64,000 nt of DNA from the NCBI RefSeq assembly GCF_009914755.1, contig NC_060930.1. One strand, given 5' to 3'. The stretch comes from the human T2T-CHM13v2.0 reference genome, Homo sapiens. Both the position numbers and the translations under genes were made by a program. Under the pieces are notes generated by a model. The model saw only the letters and a list, made by a program, of their open reading frames with translations, had not been told where the DNA came from and made no database searches. This document shows, piece by piece, positions 14,141 to 27,572 of the stretch (position 1 is the first letter of the stretch; each line of letters begins with the position of its first letter).

Positions 14141-16387
14141 GTGAGATAACTTTTAGGAGGAAAAGAAAAAACATGTACATCTGGATGTGACTGAACAATA
14201 TTTACATTATTGAAGGGAATTATAACTGTCTTAATGCAGGTATGTGGAAAAAGAGTATTGCTCTTTTATTTTGGAAAAGTAATTATATAATTAAACTGAA
14301 AATTTTTATAAACAATGTATATTCTTATTTTTGCATTACTCTTCAAAATTTAAGGAGGCCACATATAAATATTGACTTAAGACATTGAGGTCCTTATATT
14401 ACATTTAAAAATGAGGATGTACTTTATAGGAAAAATATAGCGTAAAAGTGATATAAAAGTATAAGTTCTAGTCTGCCACGTGTACTATAATTACTTCTCA
14501 ATTATATAGGCTTTGAATCCTTGCGATCTTTTGCTTTTCTTTCCTTGCTGACATTGCTGATCACTTAAAAATTACATTAAATTGAACTGATTGTTTTGCT
14601 TTTTTGCAAATCTGGTAAAGTAAAAGCTCATAGCTAAAATCAGGACTTAGGGATTTTATGAATCCCACTTTTCATCTTTCTTTTGATAATCATGCAAGTA
14701 ATCAAGAACTAGCAGGCAATTTGAGCTCAGACCTAGATGTGTTGAAAGTTAGCCAAGCAAACAGCCAGGGAAGACTCTCCTACGGGAGGTCAGCCAGTAA
14801 ATTCAACCAGAAAACTTTGGACTTGATGTCTATAGTATAGGGATCTGTTGAAGTTTGAAAGTTTTAAAAAATCTTACTGTAGAAAATCATGTGTGTGTAC
14901 CCTTTGCCTTATGTGGTTCCTACCCTTTGCCAAATTTATTTTTGGAAATAATCTCTAAATTGGCCTAATTATCTTTTAAGCACAATTCTGCAATTACTTC
15001 TTGGAGACTTAGCACCAGATAAATGAAACTTGAATTGCCAGAAAATGTTTAAAATTTAAAAATTATGAATACAATTGGAAGTAAAAGTATATTCTAAGCC
15101 TATAAATGAGCATAATAATAATAAATGTACAGATTTACTATACCAAATTCACATACTGGTTTATAAATATAGTAAGGAAAAGTATTGTATGAAATAACGT
15201 GTTGCATTTTTAGCAATTGGAAGAAATTTTTGAAATAGTTTAGATGACCTGGCTTTCTAATAGAAGTGATGTCTAAAGATATTTGGCCTAAAGTTTTCTT
15301 TGTTTTCCTTGTAGAAGGCAAATTCATCCACAGTCACCCATTTTGTTTTAGAGCTATTTCAGATCACTGCATCGGTTGCTCAGTATACTTATTTTTCATT
15401 CCATTAAAGAACAACTAGAAAATGAGGCCTTCCCCCCTTTCTCTTGCCTTTTTAGTTTATTCAAAGCTACTGCTCAGTTTCAAACAAAACAAAGACCAGT
15501 AGGAACTTAGAGTGCTGTTAAGTTATTCTACTTAACAGTTATTCATAAGTGCATTTTATATCCTTTGGAAAGCTGTAAAAACAATTCCAAGTTAGCCTGG
15601 TTCTACAACTGGATTTGGAATGAGCACCACTGCAGCATTATACGTTGGGGAAATTCTGAATAAACTGATGTAACACAAAATACATACATTTGTTACTGTA
15701 ATCTCTTAACCCAACCTTAAATGGACTATAATGTAAAGGAAGAAAAAGAAGCCGACCATGGGGAATTTACTGAATGTTCTAACAACTTTCCACAGTTGTA
15801 ACAAATGTAGATAAACTGTTAAGAGAAAGCATAAATGCTGGTTCCCCTTTGAAGTAATAGCTAAAAGGTCAGGGCTTTAAAAGGGATTACCTTTTAAATA
15901 GCTGAAAGGAAAAGAACCATGGAATCAGTGGACATTATTACATTGTAGCAGAGAGCCTACTTTCTGGTGGGATTTGGGTTCTGTGAAGTTTCTGTCTGTT
16001 TAAGTCATATTTTATGATGTGTTTGGAGTATAAATGGTTTCATTTTTCTTTCTCTTTTAAGCATGACTTTAAAACTTTACCTTTTTTCTTGGACCCTAAA
16101 ATTATGTTTTGCCCCATGGAACATTTCTATTATTACAACAGAAACCTATGAGGAGATATTACTGAGTGAATTAATATTTGTTTTATACTGTAAGGCTTTC
16201 TTTTCATAAATATATCTTTTACCATTTATAAATATAAAATAGGAAGATGGTAGGAATTTGAGTAAAAGAAATGAAGAATTTCTCACATAATGCCTCCAGG
16301 TAAACAATTATCACATATTTTCATATAAATGCTTTCAATCATGATAACTAAATGTATTTAAAATTTTGTTAGGAAAGTATATATGTG

Positions 16388-16389
<2 letters not shown>

Positions 16390-16418
<29 letters not shown>
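16390..16418. repeat. (CA)n microsatellite
   Basis: Direct reading. Confidence 0.95.
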
Positions 16419-16424
<6 letters not shown>

Positions 16425-16457
16425 TTGTACCCTACTATAGGTATATGTTTTAATTAG

Positions 16458-16814
<357 letters not shown>

Positions 16815-16989
16815 TGATATAACATCAGATAGAAATTTGGAAAAGAGAGGGAAAATATTCACCCAGAATTCTGCCGCCCCAGTGTACTTACTCCTAACAT
16901 CTTATTGTGTGCCCTTGGTCTTTCACCCTATTTAAATGGCTTTTTAAAAAGTTTTAGTTGTGATGTTCAAATAATTTAATATCATTACT

Positions 16990-18050
16990 ATTTTCACCTA
17001 ACATTGCAAACATTTCTCATATTACTGAGTAGTTTTCAAAACATTTATTTCATTAACCATGAACTGTGTAACACTTGCTTAAATATTCCTCCACTATTGG
17101 ATACCAAGGCTTGCTTGGTTTGTTCTGGGATTTAAAAAATTGTGTATTATAAATAATGTGTTGATGATATTCATCTAGAATTTTTTTTCCATATTTTATA
17201 CCTTTGAAAGCATATATTTATAAAGGTAGAATGACTGGGTTAAAGAATACCTAAGTTTTTAGTATTTAGCACATATTGGCAATTTGCTTTCTAAAAGGAA
17301 TGAATCAATTTATAATTCCACCTAGAAAGTTTGAGGACCTGTTTCAGTATGAGCATTTGTTGGCATTTTAAGTATTTTTTAAATATTAATTTAATAATTT
17401 TAAAATATTTTTTCTTGTATTTTATATTTTCCTGTTTGCTTGTAAACTGAATATAAATTCATGTATTTTTGAGTTTGTAATGCCCCCTTTTAAAATTTTC
17501 TGTTCATACCCTTTGCCCATTTATGTGGGACAGATTGGGGCATATTTTTATTATCAAATTTTATGAGCTCTTTATTTAGATATTTAAACTCCACTTCTGG
17601 CATTATTGTCTCCACATTTTCCCTGTTTTCTATTTCTTCCTTTTTATTTGAGTGGTAGGTTTTCGTTTTTTTTTAAATTAATTGATTTGCATATGTATTG
17701 TTTAGTTTTTTTATTTTTGTTTTACTAAATATGTTATTCTCTTTCTTTGTGGTCAAATACACAAGCACATATGTCGTATGAACACATATTTTTATATATT
17801 TACATATCTTTGTATATCTTTTGTAAATATGTTGCTTCTGAGTTTAAAAAGTCATTCAGAAGTTTGATTAAAAGTTCAATTTTCTTTCTTTATTTGATTT
17901 TTTAATATTTTAACTCTTTAATCCAACCATAATTTATTTTAGTGCTTATTATGCATTGGGTACCTGAAGTAATATTTTTTCCAAATTGAAACCATCTAAC
18001 CCAATTGTGTTTATGGGATGACTTTCCCCTCATCAATTGATTTGTAATTT
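16990..18050 (-). mobile_element. Old, highly diverged L1M fragment(s)
   Basis: T-rich; motifs such as TTTTCTGTTCATACCCTTTGCCCATTT and TCTTTAATCCA resemble antisense L1 ORF2 3' region; boundaries approximate. Confidence 0.5.
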
Positions 18051-18585
18051 CTCTCTAAATTATATCTTAAATTACAATATCTTAAATTATAATACATAAT
18101 AGTCTCTTTTCTTGCTGCTGATTTTTAAAGAAAATTCTGTACTTACACTGGTGAGTTTTAAACGATTATGCCTTTGTTAAATTTGCTAATCTAAGCAAGG
18201 TTTGATAATCTATTAATTCATTATTTTAATTAGTATTCTAAATGAAACAAAATTTTATCTTATTTATGTATTAAGCATTACTTCTCTCTTAGTGAGTTTT
18301 TACCTTTTTCTCAAATGGATAGACCAATTTAATACATGATATAGTATTATGAAGAGATTTGACTTGTGCTTAGAAATCAAAATTTTTATTTATAATTGTA
18401 TTTTGGCAGGTAATCAGGATGAACATTAAAATTTTTTTCCTCATGATCAAGATACTTACTTACAAGTATGATTTTTATAGTACGATAAAAATATACAAAC
18501 ATATCTAGAATTAATTTATAGAATATTTTTATGAAAACATAACCCACCACATTAAGGTCAACTTTACTTAGCCATTTTTATTTGA

Positions 18586-18902
<317 letters not shown>

Positions 18903-20171
18903 CTCATTGCTTCTTAATGCAAAGTATTTTTCAGTCACTTATGAAACACCATTTTTTATCTTAACAATGAGTTTTCTATTTAATGTAAATTCTTAACCTA
19001 TGGAAAATATGTGCTAATTTTGAAATGTCTTCTTTAGTTATCTTAGTTATCACAAAAATAAATCTAGTTTGTAGACTTAGTCATTACAAAACCAAGTCTA
19101 GTTCGTAATAGTTTTAATATTAAATTTAAAGCAAGTAGGCAATCTAAATTTTGTTGGAGGTATCAGAATATTTGTTCAATGTCATGCAAAAATTCATTTT
19201 AGACTGTTTTATACCACAGATTAGATACTAAAGTCTGAGTTAAGAAGAAAAGTTTCTAAGTCAAAAATTAAAAGTGAGATGCATGCTAAAAATAACAAAC
19301 ACAGGATTATACGTTATAAAAGCAAATAAACAGTTAATGAGCACTGTCACACATACACTAAATTGTAATTTATTTTATTCTAAGGTCAACATATTCATTA
19401 TTTCTAGATGACAGGAAGTTACTTTTATGTTTTTAAAAGAAAGATCAAATGTGCATAGTCATTTCTGGATTCTGATACGCCATCTCTATACAAAGTACCT
19501 TTGTCCGGTGCTCTTTGTTTGTGGTGTTATCACAGTAATAATAACACTAACATGTACTGACATTTATTGCATGTCAGTCTCCTCTGTAGTTACTATAAAT
19601 ATATTGTCTCATCCAAACTTCAGATGTGATACTAAGATTCTGATTTTCAGTGTACCACTCAGATCATCACTATTAAGTGATTTGATAAAACTTTAAGGTT
19701 TTGCACAATAATTATAACATAACAGGATTGGTAGTATGTAAGTTTCATTTGTTGTCTCAATTCTCAAAAGAAAGTTGTAAACAAGAGGTAATTACCACCA
19801 TTTCAAGATGCAGAACCAGTTTCAGAGAGTTTAAGTAATGACCAAAAAAGCAAGCAGAAAAAAAGTGAATTGTATTTATTCATAATTTATTATAAATTTG
19901 GAATTAGAGGGATTTACTTGTCATGATATTTCCCTTTAGATATTTTATTCTCTTCAATCCTATAATAGAATGCTTTGGGCAAGAATGTATTGATTCAAAG
20001 AAAATGAATAATCTTCCCCTGTTCACATAAGGTCAACACAAAAGCTATTTTTTTGGTCTTTTATATCTGTGGCTATGTAACTTGCAGTTGCTGAAATAAG
20101 AATCCGAAGTATTAATGTTGCATCTTATAGGTATCCTGCAATTCCTTAGTACTTCATATATCACTACAAAA

Positions 20172-20245
20172 GCACATTCAGAGGCTGACTACTTTCAAAT
20201 AATGCACATTCAGAGGCTGACTACTTTCAAATAATGCCCATTCAG
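20172..20245. repeat. 32-bp tandem repeat, 2 perfect copies plus partial third
   Basis: GCACATTCAGAGGCTGACTACTTTCAAATAAT at 20172-20203 and 20204-20235, then GCCCATTCAG. Confidence 0.95.
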
Positions 20246-21045
20246 GATAAAATAGCTTTTCCCTAACTACTGATAAACCATTTTTAACTCTCCAGATTGC
20301 TTAAAATCACTAAATCTGGAGCAGGGGTTATCATTGGCACTGTTTTTATGGTATGCCAAGCTCTAGACCTTAGTTGTTAGAAGCATGATTGTTTGACGGC
20401 ACATACTTTGGAGGATATTAACTACATTGTATCCAATGCCCTGTTTTTATGACAAGTAATGTTAGTACTTGCTTACGGTCCTGAGATTAAATATAATGTG
20501 ACTACCTATAATATTTTATTTTAAAAATCAATATGTTGTCTTAGTTATAAAATAGAAATAAGTGAAAATATTGTAATGAAATAATGCATATTTTAACATG
20601 TAAATACTCAGATATCATCAAATTTTATGGTTCCTAAAATGAAGAAGTAAAAGAGGAAATGAAGAAATAATGAAGCAGTCAAATTTGTGCATGCATTTAG
20701 ATTTAAGAAACCTTGAAGTGAAATTTGAATGTTATCAATACCTATCCTTTATATTTAATATTTTAAAATGAGGACAAAATAAGTACGTGTGTATATATTA
20801 TTTTTATATGTATATCACATGTCATCTATACTTGTATGTATATACACATACATATTTATGTGTGTGTATGTACGTGTGTATATATATATAGTTAGGGTAC
20901 TAGAAAATGTAGTGTACCTTAAAACCATGCAAACATATTTTGGACTTACATATAAAGTAGAATTAGCTTCTGAATATAACCAATCTCATCAATTTACACA
21001 GTAGTTATATAACTGAAAAATTCATTGTATATTAAAACTATGCAA

Positions 21046-21358
<313 letters not shown>

Positions 21359-21899
21359 TTATTTTGTGTTTATACGTAAAATAGAGTTTGGTTCTAACTT
21401 AAGATATTTCAAACAGAGTTTTACCAATATGAATGTCCGATGCATTTAAAAATTACATGAGAAAAGCTCAATTCTGTATTGTGCAGGATATTCTAAGCAT
21501 TGCAGGACATACATAAATGCCAGCCCCACCATCTTTGTGACAACTAGACACTCCAGCAACAACTAAATTCTGAAGCGTCTCCTGGGGCATGAGAGCACCT
21601 GTTGAGAGCTGTGTTATAGATGATGAGGGCTTCTGCAAAGGATGAAATCCAGTGATCTATGTAGACAAGAAATTGAGTAAAAAGCTGCCCATTTTCCATG
21701 TGGGTGCTGATGGAGACATTTTTGCTAAAGGATCTAAAGCTTTCTTAATGTAATTCATTAGTTTCCATTTTCATTTCTTTTCAGGTTTTAAGAGTTGCTT
21801 TCTCTTTCTACAGCAAACTACACATAGAATTAAAAACAGGGCACACATTTAGCTGTTGGCTCAGTCGGTAGGCAAATCGTAAAGTTTTGGGGAACTGTG

Positions 21900-22878
21900 A
21901 GAAAAGCTATATATCCAAATAGCTACTCAACATCTTCAACCGGATCTAATAGACTTCTCCAACGCAGTATGTTCTCTTCTCCCCAAAATGGTTCTTCTCA
22001 TAGCTTCTCTGTCTCAGTAAATGGCCACTCCAGTCTTCCAGCTGCTCAGGCCAAGAACTTTAGGTTATCCCAGACTCTGCTTCTTTCATTTCCCATGTCT
22101 GGTGAGTCATTAAGTTTTGTAGATTGTGCCACTAAAATGTATTTAGAATCTGACCATATCTCAGTACCCCCACTATCACTAACCTGGGGCAAGGCATCAT
22201 CGTCTTTCTCTCTGCAGGATTTTCATGTACCTCCTAACTGGTATCTCATTCTTCACAACGTTCTTAACCCAGCAGCTAGAATGATGCTGTTAAACATAAC
22301 GCAGATTACATCACTCTGCTCAAAATTGTCTGTGGTTCCTATCTGACACAGAGCAAAAGTTAGTCCTATGATGACCATAGAACCCGTCGCCCTCTGGACA
22401 TGTCCCCACTCTGTGACTCCTCTAGTCATATCTTTCCTTCCTTCACCCTGCTACAGTCAAATTTCACTGCTGGCTGTGCTTCGAAACTGCAGGTATTCTC
22501 CCTTCTCAGGATCTCAGACTTGCCTTGTCCCTCTGTCTGGAATGTTCTTACCACAGATGTGTGCACTGCCAGCTCTCTCACTTCTTACATGTTTTTGAGG
22601 AAAATTCAGCTTCTCAGTAAAACTTCCCTTGGTCACCTTATCTAAAATTTCAAACCACCGTCCCCTACCTCAGTAGGTACTATCCCCTCCCATATGCCTT
22701 ATTTTTTCTCCATGGTATTATATTACTTATCACTACTTAAAATAATGAACATATTTTGCAGCTGTGAGAGCAGAGATTTGATCTATTTTATTGTCTGAGT
22801 TACCTCTAGTATTTAGAGCTGCTGCCAGGCTTTGGATAGCACTAAATAATAGATAATGGCTGAATAAATAAATGAATA
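21900..22878 (+). mobile_element. L2 LINE 3' portion
   Basis: TCAGTAAATGGC...TTCCAGCTGCTCAGGCCAAGAAC... ending in TGAATAAATAAATGAAT. Confidence 0.7.
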
Positions 22879-23099
22879 TACTTTTTCATTCTACCTTATA
22901 TGGACTTTTAATGAGAATTTGTTGTGTGCCCTGTAGGATGTGGTTCTTTTTCTTGTGGAACTTGCAGAAGGGGAGACATAGTCCTTAGACTGACAATGAT
23001 AAACACTATTGCACTTCAGTGGAATGTTGCAGGGAGTGTTATACGAGGGTTCATGGCGAAAGGACTCAACACCATCTTGAGGAATCCAAGCGAGCTAGG

Positions 23100-24310
23100 T
23101 TGTGGAGGATTGTTGGGTGGATTATGGCATGATGAAAGGTATCCAGAAGAGGGAGATTACAATTAAAACTGCAAAGGCACAGAGCCAGGAAGTGTTTGAT
23201 GTCTCTAGGAGCCACAGGCACTTTGTGGTTAACTTAGCGTAAGGTTTATGCAAGGAAGTGGTGAGAGGTGGGGCTGGAGAAGCCAACAAGAGCTGGGACT
23301 TTGCAAACAACATTAAGATAGTTGGGTTTTATCCTCCAGACTATAGGGGCCATTGAAAAATAAAAGCAGGAGAGTAGTGGTATCAGATTTATATTTTAGG
23401 TTGGCTGCTTGTTGATTTTATGGTGCTAGCTGTAGACATCTGAAAGAAAAATAATGACAATATGAACTAGGCCAGTTGTCAAAGGGCTGGAGGAGAAAAG
23501 AACTAGATAAATATTATGGGGCTAAAACTATCTGACCTTGATGGAAAGTTGAATGTGGGAAGTAAAAACAGGATAACCACCAAATATTTAGTATGGGTAT
23601 CTAAATGGATGGTGATACCATAAACTAAAATAAAATAATGGAGACAGAGTTAGAGTTATTTATTTTTTGTTGCAGTGGTGAGCCATGAAATGATGATGAG
23701 TTTGGTTTTGTTCACTTGACTTTGAAATGGCTGTGAGGGATATAGGTATATCTGACTAGCAAACAGTTACTATGTGAGTCAGAAGCTCAGGAGCCAGGTC
23801 CTCAGTAGAGATAAAGATCTACCTTTGTTGGAATAAAGTTGAAACCATTCGAATGTGGAAGTGATCACTCAAGGAGCAAATGCAAAGTGGTGAGTCCTGG
23901 ATGGAATTAAGGGCTTGGTGAAGGAACAGGAACCTCAGAGAGGAGAGGAGAAACTGGAAAAAAGATGTCACTGAAGCAATAGTGTATCAAAGGTCAGTAA
24001 GGAGGTACTGAGCGACTGATTAAGTGACACAGAGCTACAATAAGATAAAAATTTAAAACATGTTCATTATATTTTGCAGATGGGGGTCATGGATAATATT
24101 CATGTGTTTTTTTAAAAAGTATTTATTAAGAACATGCTGTGTGTTGGTACTGTGCACAGCTCTTTAATGAGATAATGAAAAAGAAGTACCTGATCTGGGC
24201 CCCTGTAGATTTTATAGACTGGAAGAGTAGAGAGTCTGAATGGAGGGATACAGATAATTAAAGAGTTTTAAAATGTAGAGTGAGGAATGCTGCAACAGGG
24301 CTAGTGCAGG
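23100..24310 (-). mobile_element. L2 LINE fragments
   Basis: Purine-rich antisense-L2 phrases (GCAAAGGCACAGAG, GATGATGAGTTTGGTTTTG, TATTTATTAAGAACATGCTGTGTG); boundaries approximate. Confidence 0.5.
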
Positions 24311-24519
24311 GTGCTTCTCAATTAGTAGATACAATGCCATAAATATGCTGTATTTAGAATTCTCTCCCTACCTTTAAGTCCCCTTAACTGGAGAACTGCT
24401 ACTTGTCCTTCATTTCTTAGATCAAATGTCATTTTCTTAGAGAAACCTCCTCTGACCCTTACACCAGATCAAGCTCATCTATTGAGTACTGTCTTCATAC
24501 TTTCTACTTTTCCTTCACA

Positions 24520-24749
24520 GCATTTGGCATAGCTTATGAATATATATTTGTTAGTACAATTGATTACTCTCTGTCTACACCTATAAGCTCCTTAAGGGCA
24601 GGAGCCATGTCAGACTTTATCAGTGAGAAAATATTTTTTCATGCATTTGGCATAGCTTATGCATATATATTTGTTTATACAGTTGGTTAATGTCTGTATA
24701 CATGTATAAGCTCTTTAAAGGCAGGAGCCCTGTCAGATTTTATCAATGA
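24520..24749. repeat. Diverged tandem duplication (period about 123 bp) within an L2-like 3' end
   Basis: GCATTTGGCATAGCTTATG.ATATATATTTGTT...TATAAGCTC...GGCAGGAGCC.TGTCAGA.TTTATCA.TGA at 24520-24626 and 24643-24749. Confidence 0.85.
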
Positions 24750-25494
24750 ACAAAGTAATTATTTGTTGAATGAAAAAATGAATGAAAGACAGCTAGATGT
24801 TTCAAGAACATGGGATTGCAGTCAGCTTAGGAGGAATTGAGATGCAAGTAAGAACAATGAGTAGTATTCTTTGGAAAAATTTGGTAAATATGAAAAGGTG
24901 AAGGTAATCATTGGGTAGAGGGCCAGGTGGAATGAAAGGAAGGATTTAGTAGGATGACATGTATAATCACAGAGAGGAGAGGTGAAGATGAAGCTGAAGG
25001 AGGGGAAAACTGGCATCTGAAGATTTCTGAGAACATGGGGCAGTGGGATCAAGGGAAGTGGTGTGGTAAAGAAGAAGGAAGAAAACTAGGCTCATTTATT
25101 GTACGGCTCTACCCTGAGGAATAAGATTTGGACAGTATACTACACTTTAATGAATTCTTGTCATTATAAATTAATCATAAGACTTAACTTGAAACATGAA
25201 ATTTTCTGTAACAAAAAAAGAACTCAGTACATTGGAGACAATTATTGCTATCAGAGTGTTGGCCTTAAAAAGCTAACATTATAGCAAGAGACACCAAATA
25301 ATTTTGAAATCAGCATCTATTTATTTTTGCAGCATAGTCTACTGTGATAGAAGCAGCTGTTTCTTATTCATTTGGAGTTTTACACCTGATAATTACCTCT
25401 AAATAGTAGTCTTTTACACCTAGTCCTTGATATTTTCTATTGACTCCCTGACATGGCAGTTGAGGATTCATTTTACTTACTTGAATTCAGCTGC

Positions 25495-25888
25495 ATTCAT
25501 ATTGCTGCAAAGGATGTGATTTCATTCTTCTTTATGGCTCAGTAGTATTCCATGATCTATATATACCACATTTTCTTTATCCAATCCACTGTTGATGGGC
25601 ACCTAGGTTGATTCAGTTTGTTTGCTATTGTGAATAGTGCTGCAATGAAAATGCAAGTGCATCTTTTTCATGAACTATTTTCTTTTGGGTATATCCCCAG
25701 TAATAGGACTCCTGGGTCCAACTGTAGTTCTAAGTTCTTTGAGAAATCTCCAAACTGCTTTCCACAGTGATTGAACTAATCCACATTCCCAGCAATAGTG
25801 TATAAGCATTCCCTTTTCTTTGCAGCCTCACCAGCATCTGTTGTTTTTTGACTTTTTAATAATACCCATTCTGACTGGTGTGAAATCT
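25495..25888 (-). mobile_element. L1 fragment (ORF2 end / 3' UTR start)
   Basis: GTAGTATTCCATG...TATATACCACATTTTCTTTATCCA...CTCCAAACTGCTTTCCACAGT...CCATTCTGACTGGTGTGA. Confidence 0.85.
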
Positions 25889-25904
25889 CAGGGGATTTTT
25901 TTTA

Positions 25905-26738
25905 TTTCAATAGTTTTTGGGGTACCGTTGGTTTTTGGTTACATGGGTAAATTCTTTAGTGGTGATTTCTGAGATTATAGTGCACCCATTATCCGAGCAG
26001 TGTACACTGTACCCATTACATTATGCCTCATCCCTTTCCCACTCTTACCTCCTATTCCTAGTCCCCAAACTTCATGAGATCATCTTTATACCTTTGCATC
26101 CCCATAGCTTAGCTCCCACTTATAATTGAGACCATACAACATTTGGTTTTCCATTCCTGAGTTACTTCACTTAGAGTAATGGCCTCCAGCTCCATCCAAG
26201 TTTCTGCAAAAGACATTATTTCATTTCTTTTATGCTCTTCAGTAGTATTCCATGGTGTATATATAGCATGTTTTCTTTATCCACTCATTGATTGATGGGT
26301 ACTTAGATTGGTTCCACATCTTTGCAGTTGTGAATTGTGCTGCTATAAACATGTGCGTGCACATGTATTTTTCATATAATGATGTCTGTCCTTTTGGATA
26401 GATATTCAGCAGCAGGATTGCTGGATCAAATGATAGCTTTACTTTTAGTTCTTCAAGGAATCTGTTTTCCATAGTGATTGTACTAACTTGCAGTTCCACA
26501 AACATAAAAGTGTTTTCTTTTCACCACATTCACACCAACATCTATTGTTTTTTGACTTTTTAATTATGGCCATTCTTGTAGGAGTAAGGTGGTATCTCAT
26601 TGTGTTTTTAATTTGCATTTCCCTGATAATTAGTGATGCTGAGCATTTTTTCATATGTTTGTTGACTGTTGGTATCTCTTCTTTTGAGAAATGTCTATTC
26701 ATGTCCTTTGTCCACTTTTTTATGGGATTTGTTTGAGT
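25905..26738 (-). mobile_element. 5'-truncated L1 (L1PB/L1MA-like) with 3' end
   Basis: ORF-track peptides NRHFSKEEI...[38 protein letters not shown] and CTHMFIAAQFTTAKMWNQ are L1 ORF2p C-terminal remnants; degenerate TSD TCAGGGGATTTTTTTTA / TCAGGAAATTTTTTTA. Confidence 0.92.
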
Positions 26739-27185
26739 TTCAGGAAATTTTTTTAAAGCTTTCCTTGTAACTTTTGTTTCTAATTAATTCTTCCAGGTAT
26801 CAAAAGTCATTGAAGGAAACACATATATAAAAATACTTTCAAAAATGAATTAGAGGTTAGGATTTTATCTAGAGTAAAATATTTGTTGGGGGCAGTAATA
26901 CATAACAGTCAACTTAGTTATCAAATGCTGCTTAAACAATAAAGTAAGCCTTCATTTCTTGGTGAAACTGGAGACAAATACTTTTGGGCAGATGTATACT
27001 GATTTAGTCATAAAACATTGTAGGTTTAGCAGTTCATTTACTGTTATTCTTCTACCTTATGATTAGGTAGAACCTTGTTTGAAAATAAAAGGCCACATTC
27101 CAGTTCTTTTTTTTAGATACTTTGTGGGCATTTTATTGAATTAAATGTAAACAACTTGAGGAGGACAGGTACTATTTTCTTCATG

Positions 27186-27513
27186 CAGATGGTTCCCAAG
27201 TTAGGATGGTCTGACATGATTTCGACTTTTCTTACGATTTTTCAACTTTTCCATGATGTGAAAGTAACATGCGTTTGGTAGAAACCATACTTCAAATTTT
27301 GAATTTCGATCTTTTCCCAGGCTCAAAGTAAGCTGGGCAGTGGCAGCGAGCTGTGCAGCTGGCAGTCACCCGTGCCATCACGAGGGTGAACAACTGATAC
27401 TCACAGTGGACTGGGTTGCCAGCATTTTTTGGATATTGTGTTTTGTTTTTTCACATCCCATGTCTACAAATTGCCCATTTTCAACCTATGATATTTTCAA
27501 CTTGGAGCATCTG
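27186..27513 (-). mobile_element. MER47-like (Tigger5-derived TcMar) DNA transposon
   Basis: Inverted termini CAGATG...CATCTG; internal GCTGGGCAGTGGCAGCGAGC and ATCACGAGGGTGAACAACTGATACTC match the MER47 consensus as recalled. Confidence 0.75.
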
Positions 27514-27518
27514 CCTAC

Positions 27519-27521
<3 letters not shown>

Positions 27522-27572
<51 letters not shown>
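27522..27572. repeat. (TG)n(TA)n compound microsatellite
   Basis: Direct reading. Confidence 0.95.

Noticed and set aside
13956-14144. ORF-track peptides overlapping the IBR exon (both strands)
   Set aside because: Shadow frames of the true exon; the real frame begins ATC CAG TGC at 13976.
26239-26702. L1 ORF2-like ORFs as functional genes
   Set aside because: Frameshifted, 5'-truncated retrotransposon remnants.
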